From an uncultured Gammaproteobacteria bacterium (lineage in GTDB: Bacteria; Patescibacteriota; Microgenomatia; Daviesbacterales; UBA10151), in assembly GCA_964522265.1 (NCBI GenBank), contig CAZFVS010000022.1:1-13122 (forward strand): DNA of 13,122 bases, written 5' to 3'. Below the pieces are notes generated by a model. The model was not told the origin of the DNA, made no database searches, and worked only from the letters and a program-made list of their open reading frames with translations. Shown here piece after piece: positions 1 to 7,050 of the stretch (its first letter is position 1; each line of letters begins with the position of its first letter). Position numbers and translations under genes: made by a program.

Positions 1-347
1 TTAAAAGCGATTATATAACCGCTGACGATATAGTAGTGGCTAAAAATTATTTAAGTGAAAATGAACTCAATCAATTAAATATGATCGTTTCGCTATATAT
101 TGATTTTGCGGAGTTGCAAGCAAGCAGCGGCCGTCTTATGAAAATGCAGGGTTGGATCAACAAACAGGTCGAGTTTTTATCTATTAGTGAAAAGAAATTA
201 CTTCACAGTTCCGGCAAGGTGAGCGCAAAGCAGGCAGAAAAGAAAGCATTGGCAGAATATGAAAAATACCGTAGCGAGTGGGACAAAAATTATATTTCAG
301 ATTTTGACAGGGAGATTAAAAAACTTTTGAAGAAAGCTAAGAAATGA
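1..347 (+). CDS. RhuM-family protein, C-terminal ~115 aa only; the 5' end lies upstream of the window
   Basis: The frame is open from nt 3 (KSDYITADDIVVAKNYLSENELNQLNMIVSLYIDFAELQA...) to TGA at 345-347. The AKNYL..E.EL..LN.IVS.Y.D.AE ... SAKQAEKKALAEYEKY pattern matches my recollection of RhuM C-termini. Recall-based, no search run. Confidence 0.6.
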   Translation, partial: KSDYITADDIVVAKNYLSENELNQLNMIVSLYIDFAELQASSGRLMKMQGWINKQVEFLSISEKKLLHSSGKVSAKQAEKKALAEYEKYRSEWDKNYISDFDREIKKLLKKAKK

Positions 348-409
348 CCCAATATTATAATGAACAGTTTAGATTAAGCAGTATCCCAGTACGAAAAATG
401 ATAAGAGTA

Positions 410-418
410 TGTTAATAT
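410..418 (+). promoter_or_regulatory. Candidate extended -10 element (TGTTAATAT) for the 454..2622 gene
   Basis: TG at 410-411, one spacer nt, then TAATAT at 413-418, about 36 nt upstream of the ATG at 454. No convincing -35 was seen. Confidence 0.25.
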
Positions 419-453
419 AAACCTGAAGGCTTGTTTAAACAAGTTTATATTCT

Positions 454-2622
454 ATGAGTGTCTTGAGTTACCTGTCCAAATTCCTCCCTTTTCCTAAAAA
501 AAATCCAACAGAGAATTATTTTTTTGCTTTGAATATCGGTCCAAAAATAGTTGAGGCAGCTCTTTGGGGAATTGAAGGACGGAGATTACAAATTATTGCA
601 AAAACTCATTCAGAATACCCGGCTGAAGATGAATTAATAGATACTGCAAATGTGGCTTTAGATGAAGCTTTGGCAGATTTTCAGCCTGAACCGCAAAAAA
701 TTCTCTTTGGTGTACCCCAATCCTGGCTACAGGATGACAACCTCAAACCCGAGCACCTTGATTATTTAAAAAAGATGGTTAAAGAATTAGGAGTTTCCCC
801 GATGGCTTATGTTTCAACTGTCCAGGCGGTTTCACATTACCTGCAAAAAAAACAGGGAGTTCCACTGACAGCAGTTTTAGTTGAGATAGAGGATCCCTTG
901 ACAGTTAGTGTGGTCAAAGCCGGGAAGATTGTTGCATCTAAAGACCAAAAAAGATCAGCTAATTTGCCAGAAGATATTGAAAAAGCACTTTTGACCTTTG
1001 GTGATATCGAGGTATTGCCTTCAAGAATACTCATCTATGGTACTAAACCTAATGGTTTGGATCAACTCAAAGATGAGCTTTCATCTTTCCCCTGGATGTC
1101 ACAACTTTCCTTTCTGCACCTGCCCAAAATTGATACTTTAGAAACAGGAATTGGTTTGATTGCTGTTTGTTTAGCGGGAGCTTCTGAGATTAACCCAGGA
1201 TTATCTTTCCATGCAGCAGATTTAAGTTCTATTACACAAAAACCGCCAATTAAAACAGGCCATTTTAGCAAAAATACGGGTTTTGTATCCGGGGATATAG
1301 CGCAGTTGCAGGAGGAAGAATCATTCGGCCAGCCCATGGAGGCAGATTATCCTGCAGATAAAACTCAGAGTTATGTTCCTGTTAAAAGATCTGAACCGGG
1401 AAAGATACAAAAATTTTTAAGCCTGCCCCTTAAACTTCTGCCTGGTGGTGAAAGTATTTCCAGGCCGGGTAAACACCTGTTGATGTTCTCCAAACTCGCT
1501 ATTGTCTTGCCTGTGTTGGTGATACTGCTTATTCTGGCAGCATTACTATTTTTACCAAAAAGCAAGATTAATATTTTTATAGATTTACGAATTCTGGAAG
1601 AAGAGTCGACGGTTACAGCTGATCCCAATATTGCCCAAGTTCAAGAGGGGGATAAAAGAATACCCGGCAAGCTAGTTGAGACTACTGTAACAGGTTCCTC
1701 AAAGGGGTTAGCAACAGGTAAAAAACAGATTGGGGATCCGGCAAAAGGAAGTGTATTAATCTACAACAAAACATCTTCCCCTAAAACTTTTCCCCAGGGA
1801 ACAGTTTTAATCAGCCCGCAAAGCCTGATGTTTACGCTCGATGCAGCTGTTAATGTTGCTTCTTCCTCGGCAGTCGAGGGCGGTATAGCTTTCGGTAAGC
1901 AGACTGGTAATGTGACAGCTTCAAAGATTGGTTCTGACGGTAATCTTCCGGCCGGAACAGAATTAACAATTAAAGATCAGCCGGTTGCATCGTTTAACGC
2001 CAAATCCGATAGTGCTTTTTCCGGAGGGGTCAGCAAGGATGTGATGATTGTGACCACCGATGACCAAAAAAAACTTTTGGCCTTGCTTACCTCAGATCTG
2101 CGCAAAAAAGCACAAGAAGAATTACAGGGGAAACTTATTGCCGGTCAGAAAATTCTGGAGGAGGCATTGTCTGAAGATATCGTTAACTCAAGCTTTTCCA
2201 AAGGGGTTAATGACCAGGGTCAGGATTTTATGCTTAACTTGACTGTGCGTTATAAAGGCACTGCTTACAATGAGAACGACTTAAAGCTGATAGTGTCAAA
2301 ACTCATTGAGACAAATGTACCTCAAGGCTACGTGCTTGATCTCTCAAAGACAGAAACACAAGCGCAGGTTTCCAGGAAAGATAAAGATGGCAAGCTGATA
2401 TTTGTCTCTAAATTTAGAGCCAAACTCGCACCTAAGATTGACGTTGAACAGGTAAAAAAGGATTTAGCGGGTAGAAGCATTGAGGAAGCTGCGGAGAGGA
2501 TTAAGAGGATAGAAAATGTGATAGGATCTGAAATTGAGCTAAAACCCAAGTTACCCTTAAAATTTCTCCAAAGACTGCCGTTTTTACCGCAAAATATCAC
2601 TATAGAAGTAACGGCAAAATAA
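454..2622 (+). CDS. Large membrane protein: N-terminal degenerate FtsA/PilM-like actin-fold domain, one TM helix, C-terminal beta-rich extracytoplasmic domain (possibly baseplate-J-like)
   Basis: 722-aa ORF. The N-terminus follows the order of actin-fold subdomain motifs: FFALNIGPKIVEAALWGIEGRRLQII, ILFGVPQSW, ELGVSPMAYVSTVQAVSHYL, AVLVEIEDPLTVSVVKAGKIV. The phosphate motifs are altered (NIGP instead of DxG[ST]; EIEDPLT instead of DIGGGTT). A hydrophobic helix spans aa ~342-367 (nt ~1477-1554). The C-terminal segment (ATGKKQIGDPAKGSVLIYNKTSSPKTFPQGTVLIS...NVTASKIGSDGNLPAGTEL) resembles CPR proteins I recall being annotated baseplate J/gp47-like. Confidence 0.5.
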   Translation: MSVLSYLSKFLPFPKKNPTENYFFALNIGPKIVEAALWGIEGRRLQIIAKTHSEYPAEDELIDTANVALDEALADFQPEPQKILFGVPQSWLQDDNLKPEHLDYLKKMVKELGVSPMAYVSTVQAVSHYLQKKQGVPLTAVLVEIEDPLTVSVVKAGKIVASKDQKRSANLPEDIEKALLTFGDIEVLPSRILIYGTKPNGLDQLKDELSSFPWMSQLSFLHLPKIDTLETGIGLIAVCLAGASEINPGLSFHAADLSSITQKPPIKTGHFSKNTGFVSGDIAQLQEEESFGQPMEADYPADKTQSYVPVKRSEPGKIQKFLSLPLKLLPGGESISRPGKHLLMFSKLAIVLPVLVILLILAALLFLPKSKINIFIDLRILEEESTVTADPNIAQVQEGDKRIPGKLVETTVTGSSKGLATGKKQIGDPAKGSVLIYNKTSSPKTFPQGTVLISPQSLMFTLDAAVNVASSSAVEGGIAFGKQTGNVTASKIGSDGNLPAGTELTIKDQPVASFNAKSDSAFSGGVSKDVMIVTTDDQKKLLALLTSDLRKKAQEELQGKLIAGQKILEEALSEDIVNSSFSKGVNDQGQDFMLNLTVRYKGTAYNENDLKLIVSKLIETNVPQGYVLDLSKTETQAQVSRKDKDGKLIFVSKFRAKLAPKIDVEQVKKDLAGRSIEEAAERIKRIENVIGSEIELKPKLPLKFLQRLPFLPQNITIEVTAK

Positions 2623-2624
2623 TC

Positions 2625-4418
2625 TCATTTCTCCATCCGCCTTTTTTGAATTGCAAGCACGAACTCTGTCATTAGTGACCTTGCGTCGCTGATTAAATTT
2701 TGTTCACCGCGAAGTTTCTTTTGATATTCTTTCCTTAAAACTTCAGCAGCCTGCTTTTTATCGGAGTGAGGTATTCCTGAATACAGATGGTATTTTTGCA
2801 AAAGCTTAAGAACTCTTTGCAGGAAGTTGTTTCTTAAGGAGTCATATTCTGTATTTTCCCGCGATAACAAGACAGATAAAACTTGAACTTCATGTATTAA
2901 CCGGTAAGTATTTTTCCCAACTACCCGCGGAGTGCGGAACTCAACCCGAAAACGCGAAAGAGCATTTTCGACCCGCATTGTTAAAGAGTGTGCTTCTTTA
3001 ATCTCCCAAGCGTTCATATAATAGCTTTGTCTTGACGCTACCCTTCCGGCCGGAATAAATGCAAAAGTTAGGATATCGCTAATGGCTTCGGCAACTACCG
3101 GATAAATGATTTTTGCCCTAACTCTGCGATTTTCACTATCGTAAGAATGTGAGTTAAATTTTTTTGTCCCCCCGATGTTAATATGCATGGAGGCAAAAGT
3201 GTTATCAATCGGTACGAGTCCTGCTTTTCTCAGCTCAAAAATCATCCTGTTTTGGGTGGCAGCTGAGTGAGTTGGGGGGAACTCTATCTCTGTTGGGCTA
3301 TTGTTGGTAAATTCCTGTTTTGGGGTAAGTCCCATTGCTAGTAAATCCATTATTTTTTGTGGTTTGTGACTAAAGCCATCTTTATCATAAAAAACAAATG
3401 GAAAAAAATTAGAGGGGACTTCAATTTCAACCCCAACCGTTGGCAACCCTTTTTCCTTTGCAGCTTCTGTTTCTTTTTCGATAATTTTTTGGTAGCGGTC
3501 CAGTTCACCTGTGAGGTCAGCATCGGTGGCCTGTGGGTGGTCGGATAAAAAATTATAAATATGCAAATTCAAGGCAGGTCTAACGGTTTGCAAGGGACTG
3601 TCTTCCAAATAACTTCTCACAATTTTGACCGCTTTGCTAGCCTTTTTGCTCGCGGACGATGCAGATTCATGTGCAGTTTTTTCTGCTCGTTGGGTTTCTG
3701 CGTGAGAGTGGGTTGGCTCTTGATCTATTGCCTGATCATGTGTTATATCAGCCAATGTTACAAAACGGTATCTTTGCCGATTTGCAAAGTTTCTTGGGCT
3801 TGAAAGAAAACTTAGAAAATGAGCTTTTTCATGCGGTAGTAATCGGGCATTATCGATATACGATCTTGTCCCAGGTGTGCCGGTTGCTGCTAAAGCTTCA
3901 AGATATGAAAATAGTACATTCCGGTCAATTCCAGTGGAGTCGAGAATAGATGTTAGCTTGTTGCTGATTTCAATAAGTCTGATATTTGCCGGATTTTCCG
4001 TACGGATGGAGTAGATTAGCCTTAGTAAAGTGTCGCTGACATGTGCTGCTGCACTGGTATCGGAGTTGTTGTAAATTCCCTCAGACCCGGCAGAATCAAG
4101 TACCAACTCCAGGTCCTCTGCCTCTGCTAGGGCATCCTGGAAAAGGGTATAAAGAAATTTTTTATACAAACTACCCGATAAAGCTTCCCGTAAATAAGGT
4201 AAAATTTTTGGACCCAAGGCGAAAAGTGCCTGTTCTGCGTCTAAACGGTTGTGAAATTCTTGAAGAATACTATTATTGTCATATATTCCTAGTTTAACAA
4301 CAAGGGCGTCAATTTGGGATCTTTCTTGCTCAGTTAAACGGTAACGCTCCTGGTTGAAAAAACTTTCCTCAGAAGAAGATTGTCTTGTTGTCTCCATCGT
4401 CTCCATATTATCCATCAA
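2625..4418 (-). CDS. Hypothetical protein with a C-terminal amidoligase-like (glutamine-synthetase-fold carboxylate-amine ligase) domain and an unrecognised ~320-aa N-terminal region
   Basis: 597-aa ORF. Ordered motifs are VGVEIEV (E331/E333), PTEIEFPP (E377/E379), SMHINIGG (H412) and RVEFRTP (E493/R495), in aa ~325-520 (nt ~2859-3446). The codon at 4418 is TTG. The next codon (4415) is ATG and is the more likely start. Confidence 0.55.
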   Translation of the reverse strand: MMDNMETMETTRQSSSEESFFNQERYRLTEQERSQIDALVVKLGIYDNNSILQEFHNRLDAEQALFALGPKILPYLREALSGSLYKKFLYTLFQDALAEAEDLELVLDSAGSEGIYNNSDTSAAAHVSDTLLRLIYSIRTENPANIRLIEISNKLTSILDSTGIDRNVLFSYLEALAATGTPGTRSYIDNARLLPHEKAHFLSFLSSPRNFANRQRYRFVTLADITHDQAIDQEPTHSHAETQRAEKTAHESASSASKKASKAVKIVRSYLEDSPLQTVRPALNLHIYNFLSDHPQATDADLTGELDRYQKIIEKETEAAKEKGLPTVGVEIEVPSNFFPFVFYDKDGFSHKPQKIMDLLAMGLTPKQEFTNNSPTEIEFPPTHSAATQNRMIFELRKAGLVPIDNTFASMHINIGGTKKFNSHSYDSENRRVRAKIIYPVVAEAISDILTFAFIPAGRVASRQSYYMNAWEIKEAHSLTMRVENALSRFRVEFRTPRVVGKNTYRLIHEVQVLSVLLSRENTEYDSLRNNFLQRVLKLLQKYHLYSGIPHSDKKQAAEVLRKEYQKKLRGEQNLISDARSLMTEFVLAIQKRRMEK

Positions 4419-4446
4419 TTGAATAGTACATCATAAACTGGAGTGT

Positions 4447-4797
4447 TTAAAGCCCAAACATATCTAGAAAATCCATCCAGAGTTTGCCCCAAAAACCTGA
4501 TTTCCGGTACTTTTCATACCGCCGTTTTTTGTAATAGTCCCGGGTGCCTTCCAGGGGCGGGTCGATCCAGCAGGAGATAATCACCCATTGGTATTTATCA
4601 TTTTGTTTGGTAACAACCGTCACCTTTGATTTGCCAAACCATTTTTGGTACTGGGTGGATCCGTTTTTACCCCCCAATGTTTTGTCAGGGTAGTGGAATG
4701 CTTTCCAGGCTAAATCTTGGGATAAACCCCGATGCCCCAATCTATCCAAAGCATGATTTGTCCAAACAGCATCACCGTAATATTGTTGGCCAGCCAT
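4447..4797 (-). CDS. DUF4258-like small protein (toxin-like fold) with a basic/aromatic C-terminal tail
   Basis: 116-aa ORF with an ATG start. The N-terminal W-T-N-H-A-L-D-R-L-G-H-R-G-L-S matches the HAxxRxxxRG[IL]S signature I associate with DUF4258. It is followed by a beta-rich core (KVTVVTKQNDKYQWVIISCW). It lies 28 nt upstream of, and co-directional with, the 597-aa gene. Confidence 0.45.
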   Translation of the reverse strand: MAGQQYYGDAVWTNHALDRLGHRGLSQDLAWKAFHYPDKTLGGKNGSTQYQKWFGKSKVTVVTKQNDKYQWVIISCWIDPPLEGTRDYYKKRRYEKYRKSGFWGKLWMDFLDMFGL

Positions 4798-4862
4798 AAA
4801 TTAAATGTCTATTTAATTCTATATCAATTTCCAACGGATTTGGATATTATAATATTAGAACT

Positions 4863-5519
4863 ATGTTTTTTAAGGGTCTCTCGTTACTTTTTTTGGGTGC
4901 AGGAGTATTTGTATTGATGCAGGTAGCAGCACCTTTTTTAGCATTCCAGATTTGGGAGATTACCTCTTACGATAAAAGCCAGCTTTTGGCAGATCCATCT
5001 CCGGTGATTTTGGGCGGGAGTGCAGTTAACGGGGATGTCCTTGGGGTTTCCGTGGAAAGTATTGATAATTTTCCGGCGTTTATAACGAGCAGTAATCTGC
5101 TTGCCCCTTATCCGGAGTTTAAGTTGTCAATCAAAAGACTGAACCTGGATAATATTAAAGTTAAAGTTGCAAGTAATGATTTTGAGTCTAATTTGGCACA
5201 TCTACCCGGTACAGCTTTGCCCGGAGAGAGAGGGAACGTATTTATCACCGGGCATTCCTCTTTACCGTTTGCACCGGGAAATAAAAAGATCCCCTTTTTT
5301 GCCAATCTCCCGAATATTAAGAAAGGGGATGATATATTCATAGATGCTTTGGGGCAGAGGTTTGATTATGTTGTGGTGGGGATGAAGATAGTTGATCCAA
5401 AGGATACGTCAGTGATTGCCCCTCCGGAGCGGGAAGGGAGATACTTAACTCTGATGACCTGTGTCCCGCCTGGATTTAATACAAAAAGATTGATAGTATT
5501 GGCAAGGCTTAAATCTTAG
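4863..5519 (+). CDS. Sortase-family transpeptidase
   Basis: 218 aa with an N-terminal TM helix (LSLLFLGAGVFVLMQVAAPFLAF). Catalytic His in FITGHSS, TLxTC-type Cys in YLTLMTCVPPG, and conserved Arg in KRLIVLARL. Confidence 0.8.
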   Translation: MFFKGLSLLFLGAGVFVLMQVAAPFLAFQIWEITSYDKSQLLADPSPVILGGSAVNGDVLGVSVESIDNFPAFITSSNLLAPYPEFKLSIKRLNLDNIKVKVASNDFESNLAHLPGTALPGERGNVFITGHSSLPFAPGNKKIPFFANLPNIKKGDDIFIDALGQRFDYVVVGMKIVDPKDTSVIAPPEREGRYLTLMTCVPPGFNTKRLIVLARLKS

Positions 5520-5525
5520 ACGTTT

Positions 5526-5930
5526 ATGAAATATCTGGGTATTGATTACGGGAAGAAGAAAATCGGGCTGGCTATTTCAGAGGGGGAGATAGCAGAGCCT
5601 TTTATGATTTTAAAGGCTAACGGCCTCAAAGATGCTTTAGGAAAGATGTTAAAAGTAGTGGGAGATGAGCAGATCGATGAGGTAGTTGTAGGGGTGCCTG
5701 AAAGCGGGGATTCAAGAAAAATCACCAGAAATTTCATAGAACATTTTAAACAGATTAAAGCAATGAAAGCTGTTAAAATAGTTGAGGTAGAAGAGACCTT
5801 GAGTTCTAAAAGGGCGCAGGAGATAATGGTTAGACTGGGTATTTCCAAAAGTAAAAGAGAAGATGAAGACTCATATGCTGCAGCATATATTTTGCAGGGT
5901 TATCTGGATAATCTCACCATGTCATCCTGA
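5526..5930 (+). CDS. ruvX: Putative pre-16S rRNA nuclease / Holliday junction resolvase-like protein (YqgF family)
   Basis: 134 aa. The N-terminal YLGIDYGKKKIGLAIS matches the GxDxGxxxxGxA YqgF signature. VVVGVPE and the acidic C-terminal DEDSYAAAYILQGYL are typical of the family. Confidence 0.8.
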   Translation: MKYLGIDYGKKKIGLAISEGEIAEPFMILKANGLKDALGKMLKVVGDEQIDEVVVGVPESGDSRKITRNFIEHFKQIKAMKAVKIVEVEETLSSKRAQEIMVRLGISKSKREDEDSYAAAYILQGYLDNLTMSS

Positions 5931-5970
5931 ACTTGATTCAGGATCCTTCTTTCTATTATGATGGATTCCC

Positions 5971-6029
5971 GCCTGCCTGCCGGCAAGGTAGGCTTTCGCT
6001 CGCCTCGCTTCGCGGGCGAAGCGGGCGGG
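5971..6029. repeat. GC-rich tandem hairpin element between ruvX and mltG, containing repeat copy A (core 6000-6026)
   Basis: Hairpin 1 pairs GCCUGCC (5975-5981) with GGUAGGC (5987-5993), loop GGCAA, with one G-U pair. Hairpin 2 pairs CGCTTCGC (6006-6013) with GCGAAGCG (6016-6023), extendable by CGCC/GGCG with one bulged U. The GC richness contrasts sharply with the AT-rich flanks. Confidence 0.7.
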
Positions 6030-6062
6030 AATGACAAAATAGGTTTTGTTGCTCTCAAACAC

Positions 6063-7034
6063 ATGAGAAATAATAGCTGGAAGAAAATACTGGTCTGGGT
6101 AATTATTCTGGTGGCCCCGTTTTTTACAGCTAAAAGCTATTGGAATTTTTTGAAATCCCCTGTTGACCCAAAAGGACAGGCTGTCATATTTGTTGTTACA
6201 AAAGGAGAGCCGGTTGTGAGTATTGCCCAACGATTGCAAACACAAAAATTAATCCGTTCTAGTTGGGTTTTTAAATTTGAATTAAGACAGTCAAGTTTAG
6301 ATTCAAATATTGATGCGGGTGATTTTAAACTTTCTGCGGCTATGTCCACAGATGAAATTGTCAAAAGTTTAACATCAGGGTCTTTAGATAAGTGGGTAAC
6401 CTTAATTGAAGGCTGGAGGATAGAGGAGATGGCTCAAGTTCTGAAATCGGATGTCGGAATTCCGATATCCGATTTTTTAAAAACAGCAAAGGAGGGGTAT
6501 ATGTTTCCGGACACCTACCTGTTTAATCCTGATGTGACTGCAGAAACTGTTGCCCGGACAATGAGAGATAATTTTGACAAAAAATACACAACTGATTTGA
6601 GGAGCAAGATCAATGAGTTGGGTTTGACTACTGATGAAGGGGTGATATTGGCATCTATTGTCGAGAGAGAGGCCAGAAGTGGCGAGGTAAGAAGAATGGT
6701 GGCGAGTATACTACTTAAGAGATTTAAAATAGGTATGGGTCTTAATGCTGATGCAACAGTGCAATATGCTGTAGGTTATCAGAAGGATGAGAAAAATTGG
6801 TGGAAAAGACATATAACTGCTGGGGATAAAAAAATTGATTCACCTTACAATACTTATCTGCACGCGGGTTTACCTCCTAAACCAATCAGCAACCCGTCTT
6901 TGTCTTCTTTAAAAGCCGTATCAGAAGCAGACCCATCAACCCCATATCTGTATTACTACCATGATTCAAAAGGGAACAGTTATTATGCCAAAACTTTAGA
7001 TGAGCACAATGAAAACGTTGCGAACCACCCATAA
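6063..7034 (+). CDS. mltG: Endolytic murein transglycosylase MltG (YceG-like)
   Basis: Motifs YMFPDTYLF, ASIVEREA and SPYNTYLHAGLPPKPISNPSLSSLKAV. N-terminal TM helix KKILVWVIILVAPFF. I place the start at ATG 6063 (MRNNSWKK...). The track start at 5958 reads through the GC-rich repeat. Confidence 0.85.
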   Translation: MRNNSWKKILVWVIILVAPFFTAKSYWNFLKSPVDPKGQAVIFVVTKGEPVVSIAQRLQTQKLIRSSWVFKFELRQSSLDSNIDAGDFKLSAAMSTDEIVKSLTSGSLDKWVTLIEGWRIEEMAQVLKSDVGIPISDFLKTAKEGYMFPDTYLFNPDVTAETVARTMRDNFDKKYTTDLRSKINELGLTTDEGVILASIVEREARSGEVRRMVASILLKRFKIGMGLNADATVQYAVGYQKDEKNWWKRHITAGDKKIDSPYNTYLHAGLPPKPISNPSLSSLKAVSEADPSTPYLYYYHDSKGNSYYAKTLDEHNENVANHP

Positions 7035-7050
7035 ATCATCCAACACCCTT

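Noticed and set aside
837-4297. Numerous 60-96-aa ORFs nested antisense or out of frame within the 722-aa and 597-aa genes (e.g. 837..1034, 1062..1337, 1371..1628, 2060..2242, 2328..2600, 3357..3548, 3561..3803, 3659..3949, 4043..4297)
   Set aside because: They lie entirely inside longer ORFs that have coherent domain content. Their translations are low-complexity or Cys/Phe/Leu-rich with no motifs.
4798-4862. A full sigma70 promoter call for the sortase gene
   Set aside because: A perfect TATAAT (4848-4853) is present, but I could not find a credible -35 at 16-18 nt spacing. It is mentioned only under the leaderless/SD-less observation and is not listed as a feature.
5958-6062. N-terminal 35-aa extension of MltG in the ORF track (MMDSRLPAGKVGFRSPRFAGEAGGNDKIGFVALKH)
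   Set aside because: The extension is encoded almost entirely by the GC-rich palindromic hairpin element, which naturally lacks stop codons. The internal ATG at 6063 gives the canonical MltG N-terminus: a short basic segment followed by a TM helix.
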